A stretch of 64,000 bases of DNA from Octopus vulgaris (GCA_951406725.2 OX597831.1:47864001-47928000), one strand, 5' to 3'; shown: positions 12,542 through 26,349, counted from the stretch's first letter. Numbers and translations: made by a program. Notes: a model not told the origin generated them from the sequence alone.

Positions 12542-12761
12542 CCCTTTAGTGTTCAGATTACTCTGTTAAATGTAATATTTTTTTACTTGAATTGTTTTTA
12601 ATTAATCATGCATTATCTTATAGCTTTGAGGTTTCAATGATGTGCTTGTTCATTTTTAGAATGCCAATGTAGGTTAGGTGTGAGAGCCCTGATCTGGTCA
12701 GTTTAAACATAAAATAGGTAGAAAACTTTAGCCAGATATGGCCAGTTTAAACACTAAAGGG
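12542..12761. mobile_element. piggyBac-type MITE
   Basis: TTAA-CCCTTTAGTGTT ... AACACTAAAGGG-TTAA (TTAA TSD, CCC termini). Confidence 0.88.
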
Positions 12762-13569
12762 TTAAACACTGCACATCAACAAGAGATGGTATCTCAGGAT
12801 GAATTTCAGAGTAAAATTGCCTTTCACGAGTTATTTACTTAAAACATGACACATAGATGGTTATTCATCAGATATTCTAGTCTATCATGGTTCTTTAAAT
12901 AGCTGATTAAACATTCAAGAATGCAACCTAACTGAATTTTCAAAGAGAAGAAATTGAACAGATGTCATCACTTTGCCAAGCTGTCCAGCAAAACCAAATG
13001 ACAGTTCTCTCTCGCACTAATACCACCTACAGCCGTTGTCAAAACTAGATTATTATTTTCTATCATTTTACCTCTGGTTGTTTTTATATATATAATATAA
13101 AAGTCTCTGTTGTATTCTATGGACCTCGTATTTTATTTTATGTTGTTTTATTTTGGTTTTTGAATTTTTTCTTTTGTCAGGCCTTAAGAATCAATTTATA
13201 AAAAGTGAAAGTTTTTTAACTGAATACTTCCATTCTGTAAGATATTCATTATTATGTACTTCCATTGTTAAAGCTCTCATTATTAAATGCTTTCCACTTT
13301 ATTCATTGAGTACTATCAATAAATGCTAACTCATGAAATTTTTTAACCATGCCATCAAATTTCATGTTGATGAGGAATAATATCAATCATAATAATGACA
13401 GTGAATTTCATTTAAAAGGAATATGTAGTTGCCAGGGTGAAATGAAGTGGTCACTCTTAGTTGAATGTCTATATAGGCATTGATTTGATTTCTCAACAGG
13501 AACTTCTATAGAAAATCTAGAAGCTTTTGCAAACATTATCAGTGGAATATAGGACAAGATGTGAAAGAA

Positions 13570-13612
13570 ATTTGTGTGAACTTGGTAGATGGAAACTGAA
13601 AGAAACTTGTCT

Positions 13613-13654
<42 letters not shown>

Positions 13655-14257
13655 AGTGGGTGTGTGGTAAGTAGCTTGCTTACCAACCACATGGTTCCGG
13701 GTTCATTCCCACTGTGTGGCACCTTGGGCAGGTGTCTTCTACTACAGCCTCAGGCTGACCAAAGCCTTGTGAGTGGATTTGGTAGAGGGTAACTGAAAGA
13801 AGCCCGTCGTATATATGTATGTATGTATATATATATATATATATACGCAGGAGTGGCTGTGTGGTAAGTAGCTTGCTAACCAACCACATGGTTCCGGGTT
13901 CAGTCCCACTGCGTGACACCTTGGGCAAGTGTCTTCTGCTATAGCCCTGGGCCGACCAATGCCTTGTGAGTGGATTTGGTAGACGGAAACTGAAAGAAGC
14001 CTGTCGTATATATGTATATATATATATGTGTGTGTGTGTGTGTTTGTGTGTCTGTGTTTGTTCCCCTAGCATTGCTTGACAACCAATGCTGGTGTGTTTA
14101 CGTCCCCGCCACTTAGCGGTTTGGCAAAAGAGACCGATAGAATAAGTACTGAGCTTACAAAGAATAAGTCCCGGGGTCGATTTGCTCGACTAAAGGCGGT
14201 GCTCCAGCATGGCCGCAGTCAAATGACTGAAACAAATAAAAGAGAGAAAAAAGAGAA

Positions 14258-14325
<68 letters not shown>

Positions 14326-14790
14326 GTGTGTGTATATATTTGTGTGTCTGTGTTTGTCCCCCCAACATCATTTGACAGCTGATGCTGGTGTGCTTACGTC
14401 CCCGTAACTTAACAGTTTGGCAAAAGAGACCGATAGAATGAGTACTAGGCTTACAAAGAATAAGTTCTGGGGTTGATTTGCTCGACTAAAGGCAGTGCTC
14501 CAGCATAGCCACAGTTAAATGACTGAAACAAGTAAAAGAGTAAAAAAGTTTATATGTATATATATATTGTGTATGTTTGTTTGCTATCACCTCCCACTAT
14601 TATTTCACAACCAGTGTTGGTATATTTACATCCCCACAATTTAGCAGTTTGTCAAAAGAGACTGATAATATAAGTACCAGGCTTAATAAAAAATAAGAAC
14701 TTGTGTTGATTCATTCAGCTAAAAATTCTTCAAGGTGGTGCCCCAGCATGGCCACAGTCTAATGACTGAAATAAGTAAAAGGTAAAAGAT
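13570..14790 (+). mobile_element. Three nested SINE family A copies
   Basis: Old 5' remnant 13570-13615; middle 5' half 13652-13810; full inner copy 13845-14258; middle 3' half 14330-14550; old 3' half 14570-14790. Confidence 0.85.
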
Positions 14791-15144
14791 ATATGATAAA
14801 GGAATTTATTCTTTTGTTCAATTACAAATGTTTTTGTCAATTTTCAAATAATCAAAAAAATACCTAAGTTCTGCTTCTCAATTCTTCAGAATTTCTTTGT
14901 CACTCTTTAATCCTGTCACTATAAAACTAAATTCCACGTTTATTCCAGTAAGGGTGTTAAATATCTATCAAGAAATAGAATTGGTATTTTTAGCAAGTCA
15001 CGTTACCTGAGTAAACTTGACATATCTCGACAGAAAAAAAGAAAGTTTGAAAGATGATATTTTTCAACACAAGATAGATTGGTATATAGAACTGCTTGCT
15101 GCAGTTAAGAATAATAAAATTTTAAGTGGATAGATGGGATTTCT

Positions 15145-15360
15145 AAGGTAGCAAGCTGGCAGAAATGTTAGCACGCCAGGCAAAATGCTTACCGGTATTT
15201 CGTCTGTCTTTGCATTCTGAGTTCAAATTCTGCCTCGGTTAACTTTGCCTTTCATCCTTTTGGAGGTCAATAAATTAAGTACCACTTGCGTACTGGGGAT
15301 GATCTAATTGACTGGCTCCCTCCCCCAAAAATTCCGGGCCTTGTGCCTAGAGTAGAAAAG
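15145..15360 (+). mobile_element. SINE family B (tRNA-headed, Meta-SINE-like central domain)
   Basis: agctggcagaaatgttagc...gagttcaaattctgcc..ggttaactttgcctttcatccttttggaggtcaataaattaagtacc. Confidence 0.85.
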
Positions 15361-16219
15361 GATATATGTGATTTCTGAAGTATAAGGATCAAGACGTAAT
15401 TAGAACTTAATGAGTTCCTTATTTATTAATTGTTAGTAATAGTTTTATGTGCACAATAAATAAACAATATTTTCTAATCTGTAGCATTATGTAATGTTCA
15501 TTTATCTTTTAAACTAATTATAGACAATTAATAAGAGGCAAAGTCCTAATTATGTTTTAAAGAATGAAAGTATCTAATAATGAAATAAAAGAAATAATGA
15601 ACTAGTGGTGTATAGCAGTGACAAAAAAATGAGTGTTATCTCCGAAATTAAATATTGCTTAATAGTTTTACTCCAGTCAATTTTTCTTTTTTTTTTTTTT
15701 GCATAAAATAAATTTTGAGAGCATACTAAACATACAATAAGATAACAGATGTTTTAGAAAAAACATCAATGACCACATGATAATTAGTTAGGAGGAGGTG
15801 CACTGAATAACATACAGAAATTCCTAATGAATTGAAGTTTCTCTCTTAGTGGATGACAGAAAACAAAAGCTAAGTTGTAAACAGAAAGCCTTCAGCATGT
15901 ATGTACACATACATATACACACACAAATACAAACCTACATGTATCTGGCTACAGTAAATTATTCACTGGATGCATAAACACTTAAGCTTGCACATACAGA
16001 TATACAAACCTATATACATTTATATATATGATAGATCGCTAACCACTACACATTCTTTATTTTCTCTATTTTCTCTCCTATTTCTTTCTATGTTCCTTTC
16101 TGTGGAAGAGCATAGGCTCGAATCATTAAAGACTTTTTCACTTCCCAAGCGTTAAACTAATACATCTGTTTGTTGTCTACACCACCTGTCTTTGTCTTTT
16201 GTTTTTTTCTATGAATTCT

Positions 16220-16257
<38 letters not shown>

Positions 16258-16258
<1 letters not shown>

Positions 16259-16570
16259 CCAAATTAAGAGAATGAATCAGGTAAAATCCAGGTTACATAT
16301 GTTTCCCAGCTAGTAGAACCTCAAAAGTAATAATTACTCAATGAGGGATGCTCCATTATCTACTCATCGGCCGAAGATACCTTAGTTAAATGAAGGTTAC
16401 ATTGTCATTAAGGAATCCCAAGTTAACTCACCAGAGACACAATTCAAAGGTATCTTCAGCCTGATGAGTGGATAGTGGAGTACCCCTTGAGTAATTATTA
16501 CTTCCAAGGTTCTGCTAGCAAGGAAACATATGTAGCCTGGATTTTGCCTGTTCCATTCCTTCAATCTGGA
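16258..16570. repeat. Fold-back element, ~125 bp diverged inverted arms
   Basis: caggtaaaatccaggttacatatgtttcc..gtaataattactcaa..gaagatacctt / aaggtatcttc..ttgagtaattattac..ggaaacatatgtagcctggattttgcctg. Confidence 0.88.
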
Positions 16571-16614
16571 ATTTTATTCACATTCGTAGCAACCTTAGTT
16601 GCCAACTATGAACT

Positions 16615-16847
16615 ATACTCTTTTACTTGTTTCAGTCATTTGACTGTAGCCATGGTGGAGCACTGCCTTTAGTCGAGCAAATCGACCCCAGGACTTATTC
16701 TTTGTAAGCCTAGTACTTATTCTATCAGTCTCTTTTGACGAACCTCTAAGTTACAGGGATGTAAACACACCACCATCGGTTGTCAAGCAATGTTGAGGGG
16801 GGGGGACACAGACACACAAACACATACACACACACATACATATATAC

Positions 16848-16892
<45 letters not shown>

Positions 16893-17075
16893 TATATATA
16901 TACACATATATACGACAGGCCTCTTTCAGTTTTCATCTACCAAATCCACTCACAAGGCTTTGGTTGGCCCGAGACTATAGTAGAAGTCACTTACCCAAGA
17001 TGCCATGCAGTGGGACTGAACCCAGAATAATGTGGTTGGTAAGCAAGCTACTTACCACACAGCCACTCCTACGCC
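16615..17075 (-). mobile_element. SINE family A, full length
   Basis: Reverse complement of the family A consensus including head and tail. Confidence 0.9.
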
Positions 17076-17175
17076 TATTATTGTTCTTGAAAGTAGTTTT
17101 TTATACCTACCATGGACCACTCGAAGCTTACTAACTTCCTACACTTAGATCCTTAGATTTTACAATTACATATCG

Positions 17176-17267
<92 letters not shown>

Positions 17268-18553
17268 AGAGTTTACAAAAAAAACAAAAGATGAAGACAG
17301 GTGGTTTACAAAACAAACAGATGTATTAGTATATATATATGTATATATATATATAATGATATGTAATTGTAAGATGCAATACATATAAGGATAAGACATC
17401 TCGCTTAGTGTTTAGGCAACTGGGCTGTCATTCATAAGGTTGTGAGTTTGATTCCAGGTCTGGGAAGTGCATTGCGTCCTTTGGCATGACACTTTATGTC
17501 ATATTGCTCCACTTCACTTAGCTGACAAACATGAGTATTAACACTGACACGGAGTACCCTTTCAGTGGGAAGGTAGCATGGCAATGCAAATAAGTCAGTA
17601 GCACAGCCAAAAACCTTCAGGCATGAAGAAGATATTTAGACTATTGCTATAAAATTAAAGAGTTCCATATTTAATAATGAAGTGTATCAGCCTTGAGAGA
17701 TGAAAGATACCTTATCTGTAATTGGCTTATTTTCTTTGATCTTGCAGTCTTGTCATTTTCTTTCCATTATTACTAACTAATTAAGTGGATGTCTGGCATG
17801 TTCTTTTCTTTCATTATGTCTTGCTCCTTTACTTGGGAGAGTGTGCTTTGTTGGGTGACAAAAAGAGACATTGTGGGTGAGTGAGAGTAAAAGACAGTGA
17901 GGGAGAATAAAGAAAAGAGAAATGGAGAGGAAAAGCAGGTAGATGTGAGTGTCTTTCCCTTTTTACAATAATTTCAAATCCTCTGATGTCTATATACGAA
18001 TGCCGTCATCATTGAATTTCTTTATTTTGCTCATGAATAATATGTTCAACAGTGGATTGCTACATCCTTGCTTTATATTATGTATAATATAAAAGTGTTT
18101 TGGAACATCTTAATGAATTGAATCACCAATGAAAACTGCAAGTACTATACTTCTATTGTTGAATAGACATGACTTCTCTCATTTTGCTCATGTATAATAG
18201 AGCTTTGTGTCTCTTAGTTTTGTATGTTTTCATTGGAACTACTGACTTTTTAAGGTCCCAGTATTTTCTTTCTGCATCTCATCACTGAAAATAATATAAA
18301 AAGTTCTTTTAATATTTATCGACATTTCTATTGGATTTTATTACAACAAAGTATTAAATAGGATTCCACTACTGATGTATAAAATCTCATAGAATACATC
18401 AGAGCTTTCCTTTCTAAATAACTCGCATTACATAAATTTGCCTAAATCGCTTGAGATCAGAACTGACTTTTTAACAGTTTTTTGAGAGGAGAAACAGATC
18501 TATATTTTTCAGAAAAAAAAAATGTTGTTTGACTAATGTAATTTGATACATAC

Positions 18554-18602
<49 letters not shown>

Positions 18603-19991
18603 TGTATGTATGTATGTATGTATGTATGTATGGCAAGTAAGAATTCATTTTTATATATTACTTCTCACTTCAAAAAGTCAAACAATGATTCAAAGTTTTA
18701 TCCAGAAGTCATTAAATTCCACAGCAATATTTACAATAATGATACAAAAAATAATATATATATATAAACAAAGAAAAAGGAAAATGCTTTGGGATCACGT
18801 AAAAAAAGTAGTTTCCAGAAACCAGTTCCTTATTCCAAAATTTATCAAGTGTTTGTTTTGTTACCTTATAGAAAAATTAATGTTCAATGCATTTTAAACC
18901 ATTTCTTCCAAAGGGGATCTTTAAAACCTCCTTCAAAGTAGACCAATTGAATTCAAAACAAAGATGTTTCACAATAAAGACTGATTTATATTATATATAC
19001 ACCATAACAGTTAAAATATCATACACATACGTGATTTTACTAAAAATCATATATAATCAGAAACTTGTGTTTATTTTATATTACCAACTGGTACAATTGC
19101 TATTTTCTATAATACCTGTAATTTTATGTTATCTTTGCTTGTTTTTTACAGCAGGTGTTAGCGGTATAAATAATTTATCTTAATATGACTATGTAATTTA
19201 TTTTCATTAGCTTGTCAAAAATCAGTGTAATTTTTTAAAAAATGTGCATTTTATTCTCTGTTTTACTTTTATTTTGTGTTTATTCATTTGTTTTATTAAC
19301 TCATTAAGTTTCCCCAAAACACTTTCCAAAACACATTAGACATTCCACATATATTATGGAAAATGATATTCAATAAACATTTTATGTTACATCATTTAAT
19401 ATTTTATATTTCATCATTTATTATTTAAATCTACAACTTAATTAAAACATATGTCACTTGCTAGCCAAGTTAATCACCAAAGAATTGAATTTTATGAATT
19501 GACAACAGTAAAAGAAAATATCTTTATCTTCGTAATATTTTTATGGGGTTCTGGTATCATAAACAGACTAACAGACAGAAAGTGTGCGTGTCATTGATGG
19601 GAGAAAGTTACAAGCTGATAAAGAGATGTGATAAGAGAGAAAAAGAATGCAAGAGAAAAAGACAGTATGAGAGAAGCCAGTAGAAAATGAAGAATGTAAA
19701 ACAAGTACGGTGGGGGGGGGGTATAATAGAGAAAAAGAAAAAAATTATGCAGTAAGCTCACCTTAAACTGGCCATATCTGGCCTAAATATTCTTCCACTA
19801 CACTCTTGGAGTGGTTGGTGATGGGAAGAGCATCGAGCTGTAGAAGCCAAGACAAATCAAACTGGAACCTGGTACAGCTCTCTGGCTTAGCATTCCCAAT
19901 CAAATTGTCCAACCCATGCCATGTAGACACTGAATGATGATGATGATGATGATGATGATGATAGTTAGTGGTGGTGGTGGTGGTGGTGGTA

Positions 19992-20022
<31 letters not shown>

Positions 20023-20270
20023 CTGCAATTCTACGTAAACTCAAGGTGAGGTTGATTTCTAAAACTGGAGAGAGATAAAATATATTGCGATCAAAGTAAA
20101 GCAACAGAGTTCCATTGATTTTTCCTTTCTGGATGGTTCCTACACAGTGAAAGCATTTATCTTGTTACCTTCTTATATTCATGATTCTCTTCATATCTTT
20201 CTTGTTCTTTGTGAAACAATTCTTACCATCACAGCCATATGTATATACAATGTGTGTGAGTGTCTGCGTA

Positions 20271-20557
<287 letters not shown>

Positions 20558-20951
20558 TGGATTAATATAGAATGTTTTATCTTTATATTTTCAACAATAA
20601 CTTTATAACATTTAGTTTTTCATTTATTTTATTCCAGCACATATTTTTGGAATTTTATTATATATTATGATTTTACAATTCTAATGGAATTTTTCGATTA
20701 ATTTGATAAAAATAATTTTACACAGTTGTGAATGTGGATCTTGGCAATACATATTCTTTTAGTTTTGTCAGATGAGATTTGTGTGAAATTACTTTAATCA
20801 AATTAAGCAAAAAATTCCATTAGACTTATAAAACATTGTAAGTAATAAACCTCAAATGTACGTTACAAATATCAAACAGAAGCAAATAATATAAAGTTAT
20901 AGGAGCTGAATAACTAGGAATGAAACACTTTTATAACAAGCTAGTGTATAT

Positions 20952-21375
20952 ATCATCATCATCATCATCATCATCATCATCGTTTAATGTCTGATTTGCA
21001 TGACAGCATGGGTTGGACGATTTGACTGAGGACTGACGAACCAGATAGCTGCACCAGGCTCCAATCTGATCTCGCAGAGTTTCTACAGCTGGATGCCCTT
21101 CCTAACGCCAACCACTCCGAGAGTGTAGTGGGTGCTTTAACGTGCCACCAGCACTAGGGCCACTCAGGTGGTACTGGCAACGGCCATGCACAAATGGTGT
21201 TTTTACATGCCACCTGCACAGGAGCCAGTCCAGTGGCACTGGCAATGGCCTCACTTAAATGTTTTTTCACGTGCCAACAGTAGGGCGACGCTGGTAACGA
21301 TCATGCTTGAATGGTGCTTTTTAGATGCCACCGGCACAGAAGCCAGTTAGCTGCTCTGGGAACGATCACACTCAT
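20952..21375 (-). mobile_element. RTE LINE 3' UTR copy (5'-truncated)
   Basis: (CAT)n-cgtttaatgtc...ggatgcccttcctaacgccaaccactcc...tandem gtgccacc-ggcac units; homologous to 43500-43900. Confidence 0.85.
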
Positions 21376-21381
21376 ACATAT

Positions 21382-21780
21382 TCTTTTATCTTTTACTTGT
21401 TTGTCATTTGAGTGCAGCCATGCTGGAGCACTGCCTTGAAGTACCTTTGTCAAGCAATTCGACTCCAGGACTTATTTTTTAAGCCTAGTACTTATTCTCT
21501 TGGTCTCTTTGTTGAGCGGTTAAATTACATTGACATGAACACCTCGACACTGGTTGTCAAGCGGTGATGGGGTTACAAACACAGACACACACACACACAG
21601 CAGGCTTCTTACATTTTCCCTCTCCCAAATCCATTCAGAAAGCTTTGGTTGGCCTGAGGCTATTGTAGAAGACACTTGCCCAAGGTACCACATAGTAGGA
21701 CTGAACCCAGAACCATGTGATTGAGAAGCAAGCTTCTTACTACACAGCCACACCTGGCCTTCACAAAGCCATGCCTGTGC
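21382..21780 (-). mobile_element. SINE family A
   Basis: Reverse complement of the family A consensus. Confidence 0.85.
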
Positions 21781-21816
<36 letters not shown>

Positions 21817-21900
21817 TAGAAAAAAAACACCTTTTATCAATTCAAAATTGAATTTTTTTCCTTGTAAGTTTTGGATTTTATTCCCTCAAATAATAATTAT

Positions 21901-21936
<36 letters not shown>

Positions 21937-21967
21937 AGTGCACAACTGGTACTTAATTTATCAATTT

Positions 21968-22200
21968 TAAGGCGGCGAGCTGACAGAATCGTTAGCACGC
22001 CAGGCGAAATGCATAGTGGTATTTCGTCTGCGTTACGTTGTGAGTTCAAATTCTGCTGAGGTCGACTTTGCCTTTCATCCTTTCGGGGTCGATAAATTAA
22101 GTACCAGTTACGCACTGGGGTCGATGTAATCGACTTAATACCTATGTCTGTCCTTGTTTGTCCCCTCTGTGTTTAGCCCCTTGTGGGTAATAAAGAAATA
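21968..22200 (+). mobile_element. Young SINE family B inserted into an antisense family B copy, 17 bp TSD
   Basis: ggtacttaatttatcaa (21948-21964) and ggtacttactttatcaa (22201-22217) flank the copy. Confidence 0.88.
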
Positions 22201-22732
22201 GGTACTTACTTTATCAACCCTGAAAGGATGAAAGGCCAAGTCAACCTTGGCAGAATTTGAACTCAGAACGTAATGACAGAAACTCTTTATTGTTCACTAC
22301 GATCATTTTGGCCCATATTGCATTGGTGCCTTGCAGGTGAGATGCTGTACAAACAGCTGTGGTGCATCACAGATGCAGATGTCTCTCATTAGGTGACTTG
22401 TAAAAAGGTACCTCGTTGCCTAATTCAATTAGAATGCATTTTGATCATTGTTGTTCACTACTTGTATGCATAAGGAACTTTCGTGTCTGTGTTTGTACCC
22501 CCACCATCGCTAGACAACCGATGTTGGTGTGTTTACATCCCCATAACTTAGTCATTTGGCAAAAGAGACTGATAGAATATGTACTAGGCTTACAAAGAAT
22601 AAGTCCTGGGGTCAATTTGTTCGACTAAAGGCAGTGCTCCAGCATGGCCGCAGTCAAATGACTGAAACAAATAGAAGAATAAAAGAAAAGAATAAGAAAT
22701 TAACAAGAAGGTGCCCCAGTATAGCTATAGTT

Positions 22733-22900
22733 CAGTGGTTCTCAAGTGGGGCCTATATGGCCCTTGTTAAGTGGGTGGGGTGTCCATATAAAATTTTGTT
22801 GTTAAAAATTTATCTTCAATAAGTTGATTATCTACAATGCACAAAATATTTTAATAATTATTTTTATACAATTCCTAATAATATTTAATTGTAAAAATGC
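22733..22900. mobile_element. hAT-type MITE end
   Basis: Starts cagtggttctcaa, a typical hAT TIR; partner end not seen. Similar caggggttcccaaagtg at 30199. Confidence 0.45.
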
Positions 22901-24224
22901 TGTACTCTTTTACTCTTTACTCTTTTACTTGTTTTAGTCATGTGACTGTGGCCATACTTGAGCACCACCTTTAGTTCAGCAAACTTATTCTTTGTAAGCC
23001 TAGTACTTATTCTATTGGTCTCTTTTGCCGAACTGCTAAGTTATGGAGACGTAAACACACCAGCATCAGTTGTCAGGCATATAGGACCAGGATGATGTTT
23101 GGAGATTTTTTTTTTTCACTTTTTTGAGAAAAATAGTGTCCTGTATGCTATCAAATATGTTAGTTTTAAATATCCAATGCTCAACAGAGGTAGATTGAAT
23201 GGTCATAGCTGGAATATTCTTGATCATGCACCTACTCATTTAAACCTGGCCTAGGGCTAAACAACAACTCAAGAAATAAACTTTAACATTGAAAACTAAA
23301 GCCTATTCTAATTCATTTATAACTAAGACAATTGAGTAATGCCTTCCTCTTGTTACAACCAGGCGAGATTATATATTCTTGTGATACTTTTGTCAATAAG
23401 GCAATCTGTATTTTGATGACACTTAAGAGTTTGTAAAATATCAGACCATTAATAAGTTAATAAATATTTATATTCATTGAAATAAAATTGGTTTTCTAAA
23501 CATTGGCATTTTATGAATCCTCTCAGGGAATTTTAGAACCGGCTGCATATTGTAAATAATCTGAAATGGTCAGTTGATGACCTTAGCTTTAGATTCAACT
23601 GTTGTGAGTCATTGACATATTTAAAGAAATATAAAGTACTGTTTCTCATAGCAAATAACTCAAACAGTTACATTACATGTGTGTGTGTGTGTGTGTGTGT
23701 ATGTGCATGCGCATATGTATGTGTGCATGTATATATATGTATGTATATATATATGCATATATATATATATATATGCAGATATGTATGTATTTATGTATGT
23801 AGCAGTCTCAAGTGTAACTGGCTGAAGCTGCTAAGATAATCTGGTACTTGACTGAGGGTAGGATGCTCTGAATGACCCATCCTTGTTTTTTCCTCTCCTT
23901 TTTTTGTATCATCTAACTATCCGGATGTTTTGTTGTTGCCTGTTACGTTCTTGTTCCATTTTTTTGTTTTCTTTTACACACACACATTTACATACACAAA
24001 CATACGCTAAACCACAAAAGAAACATGATTTGATTTTTTTACATAAATAGTACATAATGCATACTGACCCTCCCATCTCAGTTACAGCTTTCAATTGCAG
24101 CAGCTGAGATGGGCTCAGTCCAATGATAAAAACAAGTGAAATATAACAAAAGAGAAATAATGGAAAATTTGATAAAATAACTTTTTATATTATTAATCTC
24201 ATATTGCAAACATAAATTAGTATT

Positions 24225-24614
24225 CTTTTGTTCTTTTACTTGTTTCAGTCATTGTAACTGTGGCCATACTGGAGCACCGCCTTTAGTTGAGCAAATCGAC
24301 CCCAGGACTTATTCTTTGTAAGCCTAGTACTTATTTTAGTGCTCTCTTTTGCCGAACCACTAAGTTACTGGTATGTATATACACCAGCATTGGTTGTCAT
24401 GTGTGGGGGACACACACAGAAATGTATACACACACATACATATATATAGATATATACGATGGGCTTCTTTCAGTTTCTGTCAACCAAATCCACTCACAAG
24501 GCTTTGGTCGGCCCAAGGCTATAGTAGAAGACACTTGCCCAAGGTGCCACGCAATGGGACTGAACCCAGAACCATGTGGTTGGTAAACAAGCTACTTACC
24601 ACGCAGCCACTCCT
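24225..24614 (-). mobile_element. SINE family A, full length
   Basis: Consensus match; antisense to the copy at 25226-25620. Confidence 0.9.
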
Positions 24615-25225
24615 GAAAATTTTGATGTCAAATTTAGATGATCCTAAAACAAGGTTATGTCATAGAGCTAGAGAGAGTCTCTTGCTTTTGATATTAAAGG
24701 ATTTTTAAACTGTTTCAAACCTTACAATGCAAACCCTGGGACCAAATGGTATACTCATCCAAATTGCTGCTCAGTAGAATTGAACCTGCAATCATGGGTT
24801 TATGAAATGAAGATCTTCCCTGCACAACAGTTACTGTGACAGAGGTAATATGTGATTTGGCATGTTTGCAATAAAATATCAGTAGTTTTTCAACACCCTA
24901 TAATTTATGTTGTATGATAATAAATTGTAAAAAATATGTAATAATCAGCCTTAAAAAAATATATAGATGTGCAATTTTATATTTATTTTAAGCACCAACA
25001 CATGGCAATAAAAAGCAATTTAATTAAATCTTTAAATCAAGATTTAAAAACATTCAGGATGCATAAAATTTCCGCAAAAACATTCTCATTAAGCCAATGT
25101 GGTTTTTTTATTAAGGTGGTGAGTTAGTAGAATCATTAGCACCTCTGGAAAAAAATATGTGATGTTTGTTTTAGCACGTTACATCCTGTTTTCAAATCTA
25201 CTCAAAAAATTTTCATTATGTATAT

Positions 25226-25620
25226 AGCAGAAGTGGCTGTGTGGTAAGTAGCTTGCTTACCAACCACATGGTTCTGTGTTCAGTCCCACTGTGTGGCACC
25301 TTGGGCAAGTGTCTTCTACTATAGCCTCAGGCCAACCAAAGCCTTGTGAGCGGATTTGGTAGAGGGTAACTGAAAGAAGCCCGTCGTATATATGTAGTTA
25401 TATGTATGTGTGTGTATATTTTTGTGTGTCTGTGTCCCTCCAACATCGTTTGACAACCAGTGCTGGTGTGTTTATGTCCCCATAACTTAGTGGTTCGGCA
25501 AAAGCGACCGCTAGAATAAGTACTAGGCTTACAAAGAATAAGTCCTGGGGTCGAGTTGCTCGACAAAAGGTGGTGCTCCAGCATGGCCACAGTCAAATGA
25601 CTGAAACAAGTAAAAGAGTA
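25226..25620 (+). mobile_element. SINE family A, full length
   Basis: A box tggctgtgtggtaag, B box gttcagtccc, ccttgggcaagt core, tail gaaacaagtaaaagag. Confidence 0.9.
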
Positions 25621-26124
25621 TGTATATAGTTTTTATTAAGGTAGTGTACCGGTAGAAACATCTGAACATCAGTAAAATTACTTTGTGGCATTTGTGGTGG
25701 CTCTTTATATTCTGAATTCAAATTCTGCCAAAATCAACTTTGCTTTTGCAGGTTGATAATATAAAGTATCTGTGAAGTGTTAGAATCACTGACATTGACA
25801 AACCACCTCCTTTCAAAGTCGTTGACCAAGTATCTAAATCAGAAACTATTATTAATTAGAAGTTGTTAAAAATCATTATAATAAATACAAAAAACAAAAA
25901 ACAAAAAATTATTATTAGCTGACAGATGTGTAGTGAATTCACAGAATCATTATGGTGTCAGATGAAATGCGTTGTGGTATTTGTTCTGACTCCTTATGCT
26001 CTGAGGTCAACTTTGCTTTTTATTCGTTTAAGATTGATCAAATAAACATTAGCTCATGTGCTGCAGTTGATGGTACTGACTAACTATTTTTTTCCTAAAT
26101 TACTGGTTTTGCTCCTAAATTTCC

Positions 26125-26349
26125 AGCCTCCTCAAGGAATGTGAAGATGTAGGCTGGAAAGTGGAGCATTTTCCAGTCGAAGTTGGATGTAGAGGGTTTG
26201 TTGGACACAGTGTGAGACGACTGTTGTTATCGTCAGGCCTAACTCATCGTAAAGTCAATACCACCATAACCGATATCAAAACAACAGTGGAGAAGGCTAG
26301 CCACTGGATTTGGTTAAAAAGAGACGATGAGTAATGGCTAGAGAAATAG
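26125..26349 (+). pseudogene. C-terminal fragment of an RLE-type (HERO-like) non-LTR retrotransposon ORF
   Basis: Translates SLLKECEDVGWKVEHFPVEVGCRGFVGHSVRRLLLSSG...TVEKASHWIWLKRDDE*WLEK*; PVEVGCRGF and AS.WIWLKR are characteristic of HERO-clade C-termini; probable 3' UTR to about 26560. Confidence 0.8.

Noticed and set aside
13680-14072. Recurrent peptide family ASFSFRLPNPLTRLW..GYSRRHLPKV in many ORFs
   Set aside because: Antisense translation of SINE family A, not a gene family
14864-14918. Minus-strand exon-like segment (ttttatag ... TAG|gtattt)
   Set aside because: Stop codons in all three frames
16258-16570. A-to-I editing signature fixed in the fold-back arms
   Set aside because: Five mismatches fit A>G in the right arm, but a similar number are A-C type; overall consistent with ordinary transition decay
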